DNA of 64,000 nucleotides from Bispira polyomma (Eukaryota): NCBI GenBank assembly GCA_965649765.1, contig OZ287750.1, positions 49,662,001 through 49,726,000 of the forward strand, given 5' to 3'. Position numbers and translations under genes: made by a program. Below the pieces are notes generated by a model. The model made no database searches and had not been told where the DNA came from. It was given only the letters and a program-made list of their open reading frames with translations. This document shows, one piece after another, positions 61,201 to 64,000 of the stretch (the stretch's first letter is position 1; every line of letters starts with the position of its first letter).

Positions 61201-62848
61201 AGGGATTGTCGACCATTACTAAAACCACAATTTATACTACAACATCAATGACTGTTGATAATACTTTTACAGGGTAACTTTTATTATCCAAACATGTTGA
61301 GAGGGTAAGATTTTGTTGATATAATAGATGACATATTTTGGTACATCAGGCTACGGCACCCTTCACCATGTGAAGCGTGAAAGGGAGTTACGCCCCTTGC
61401 CGCCGGATGCTACGGGGTGGGTTAACATCCAGTCTAGTTGCTTGCTATTAACCCTCTACCCTTACAATCTTGCTATGCCCATGGACTTTACGATTGGATC
61501 ACTGATTCCGCTGTTGCGCTTTAGAAGATGCCTAGCATCAATAAAGCGCATTAAAAATACATAATAATAATAACATTAAAAGAGTGAAATTGAGTTCATA
61601 AGACCAGATATTCTCATCATAGACGTTTGGATGCTGGAGGTTCTACTGTATTTTCTTTACCTTCAATACTTCCCCACCTAGCTGAGAGTCGTCTATTTCT
61701 GGCATGTACTTGGAAGGATCGGCCTCCAGTTGCTCTAAGAAAACACCTTCGGAAGTAATCTTAGCTTTTGCCTAAATTACAAAATACTGTTGATTTTTTT
61801 TTGTAATTTGCAGAGAAAAATATCAGCACATATTACCCAGTAATCAATCTTATTTACTATTGTGGCCTATTTTTCCCTTTTCACAATCAAATACAGTCAC
61901 TTTAGCAATTAAGAAAATGTATAAGAGACAAACAAAGAACAGAATTTATTTGACACCACGTACAACAAAATTTTTATATATACAGAGGATTACTCTGGCA
62001 TTTCATGTAATTTTAAATTTCCTAAATAACACATTTTGGCCTTTTTCAACGGAGATAATAGCACAAGCAATTTCAAACAATACATATCCCTTCAAACTAC
62101 AAGCTGTTCTGTGGAATAAATAGGACTATTTTTAAGTTTGTTTGAGTTTACATCACATTAAACATCTTTGGTCATATTGAGACAGCCAGATTTATTGGTG
62201 GAGGAGATCAGTACTATTTGTAGTGCAAACCATTGACCTATAGCAAATGCCAGGCAAACTTTCCCACAAGCTAAAAGCAATGGGAATCGATTTAAATGTT
62301 GTCAGAGGTGAGAGACCTAATTACATCAAAGGAGACATGTATATCCAGGAGGCCTCTGCAGCAGAGAGCAGCCCCATATAATCACTAAACCAAGTGTACT
62401 AAAACTTCAAAGAGAAATTAAAATCTTGTAATGCGCCATCCCAGATACTAAATGTGCTATTTTATATACCCTGTCATGAAATTTGAAGTTTGAGAAAGCA
62501 CAGTGATATAGTGTTCTTAGTTTACTTAAACAAAATTAAAATTAGTCATGACTAATCGAGATTGGATATTGGTTCGAATAACAGGTCATTTGTTCCAGAG
62601 ATCTAGCAGGGTATGTAGGGCTGCAGAAGATCAGTAATGTAAGTGTGAGCTTCATACCTGTCTGTCTGCTGAGCAGGACACTCCAATCCCCACAGGACAA
62701 GAGGCTCCATGTCTGGGTAATCTCACAACACGCACATCATGGCAGAAGTACTTGCCCCCAAACTGAGCCCCAATCCCAGAACTCTGGGTCATTTCAAACA
62801 CTTTCTGCTCTAAGTCCAGATCACGGAATGCTCGGCCATGTTCATTGC
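58246..62848 (-). CDS. fumA: Class I (4Fe-4S, FumA/FumB-like) fumarate hydratase, last six exons: complement join(58246..58346,59176..59293,59946..60065,60863..61069,61661..61771,62658..62848); 5' exons outside window
   Basis: [10 protein letters not shown]...[40 protein letters not shown]|[16 protein letters not shown]|VDLNRPM...[13 protein letters not shown]...[10 protein letters not shown]|[18 protein letters not shown]...MLAKGNRS|...[12 protein letters not shown]...EYPELG|[26 protein letters not shown]. All GT-AG, phases consistent, no stops. Confidence 0.96.
60633..60857 (+). mobile_element. Decayed tRNA-derived SINE in fumarase intron, abutting the donor site
   Basis: cagtggtgtagaggta...gggtttgagtctc...gggaaagttggtagt...tttcctc...gttgttgaaaaccaaaataaatcaataaat. 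Confidence 0.65.
61430..61573 (+). mobile_element. L2-type 3' end with (TAA)n tail in fumarase intron
   Basis: ttgcgctttaga...taaagcgcattaaaaatacataataataataa stem-loop/tail, similar to the L2 tail at 31578-31640. Confidence 0.55.
62130..62340 (-). mobile_element. Decayed V-type SINE
   Basis: Reverse complement of the SINE body: tctctcacctctg...gtgggaaagtttgcc...ctcctccaccaataaatctgg...gatgtaaaactcaaacaaac. Confidence 0.6.
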
Positions 62849-63609
62849 CTAACAGGAATTTAGTCATTCAAAATCCTCTGTCTTAAAGTACAGTACAGTC
62901 TCTATTATCTGAATCCATTGGGAGAGTCAGATTTTGTTTGGATAATAGAAGATTCATAAATTAGAAGAGGCATTTTAGTATAAAACAATAAGAAAATACA
63001 AGAATGGGAGAGTGAAGTGTGTTGATAAAATCACATATTCAAATAACTCAAGTATGGATAATAATTTGAATACAATTGGTAATAGAGGTTATATTGTATA
63101 TACATGTACTAATATTATTGGGTATTTACTTTTACTATTGATATTAATCAGCTACTGAAAAGCACTTGCAGATGTGCAAATGACCCTAATATAGCAAACA
63201 ACAAAAATACACTTTATCCTAAACATTCAGATCTATAAAATATATAATATTTACATCTCACAAACAACTAACAAGTGAATGTATGCAGTAAGTTAAAAAT
63301 ATTTTTTTTGTTATTATTAAGTCTGATAACTATTAAAATACTATCCAGAAAATCTGTACATGGATAAATCTTTAGAAAGGTGATATGTTAGGTCTCTTTT
63401 AACATAAAATTTATATAAAGGTCAAATGAATTGTAAAATATAACTAGACATTGGTCATGTGGATCAAATTTTCACAAGAAACTATTATGTTATATCTGCC
63501 AGATAATTGTTGAAAGCTTCAATTTCAATTTTTAAGCTCAATCAACCTCACACTTAATGCAAAATTGTGAGCTCGGCTAGAAGTTAAAATATACAATACT
63601 ATCCAGTGT

Positions 63610-63895
63610 AAATTTGCATTTATACAGGAGTTTATTTCAAAACGCTGTACACAGTTTACCAGCCTGAGTTCTTCCACTTGCCATACAATAGTTCACTCTC
63701 AGCTCCCTAAGGGAGCATACAGGCCATGCTGCTATGGCGCAGACTTATTAGCCCACACCCATTAACAGCCAGGTAGCTCTTTATACACCTGGGTAGAAAG
63801 GGACAAATTGTGTGAAGTACCTTATCCAAGGATACAATCTCCAGGCCTACAGCGAGGATCGAACCTGGAACCTCAGATCCAAAGTCTCACACTTA
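63610..63895 (-). mobile_element. tRNA-derived SINE with CORE-like and Deu/Nin-like segments
   Basis: Minus strand B-box aggttcgatcc, then gtatccttggataaggtacttcac (CORE-like), acccaggtgtataaagagctacc (Deu/Nin-like) and an L2-like tail. Confidence 0.6.
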
Positions 63896-64000
63896 TAATA
63901 TGTCTATATCAACACATTAAATACATAGGCTTCTGGGGTTTCCCCTTTAACTTAACTGTTAGTACAGGACTATCATTCTCAAGACAAACCAGGAACGAAT

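Noticed and set aside
51352-62848. Functional cluster of CENPS with a satellite array, or CENPS with fumarase (both linked to DNA repair)
   Set aside because: The array is short and TE-internal, and the genes are convergent with no shared promoter. Adjacency alone is not evidence in an animal genome.
58246-62848. Bacterial contamination or very recent HGT as the source of the fumA-like sequence
   Set aside because: Five complete spliceosomal introns, several containing host SINEs or MITEs, show long residence in this genome.

Overview
AT-rich, intron-containing animal genomic DNA. The SINE, HINE and LINE types suggest a lophotrochozoan, probably a mollusc (inference). Bases 1-29.5 kb are four diverged head-to-tail copies of a ~7-8 kb unit built mostly from decayed transposon fragments. 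Individual copies carry private later insertions: an internally deleted DIRS/Ngaro-type tyrosine-recombinase retroelement, a 5'-truncated Tx1/L1-clade LINE nested in a SINE, a second Tx1 fragment, a tRNA-derived SINE and Harbinger-type MITEs. Next come a near full-length degenerate L2 LINE and an orphan gene for a 277-aa two-TM protein with a single coding exon (minus strand). A 1.8-kb Helentron-like element (HINE) carries a CpG-rich promoter/CTCF-like module. A complete 4-exon CENP-S/MHF1 gene (plus strand) is followed by a HINE with a 144-bp satellite-like array. The window ends with the last six exons of an intron-containing class I (Fe-S, FumA/FumB-type) fumarate hydratase gene (minus strand), whose 5' part lies beyond the window. 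No rRNA, bona fide tRNA or CRISPR array was found. I cannot claim a confirmed new system. The best leads are the animal class I fumarase, the self-complementary junctions of the YR element, and the regulatory cargo in the HINEs.
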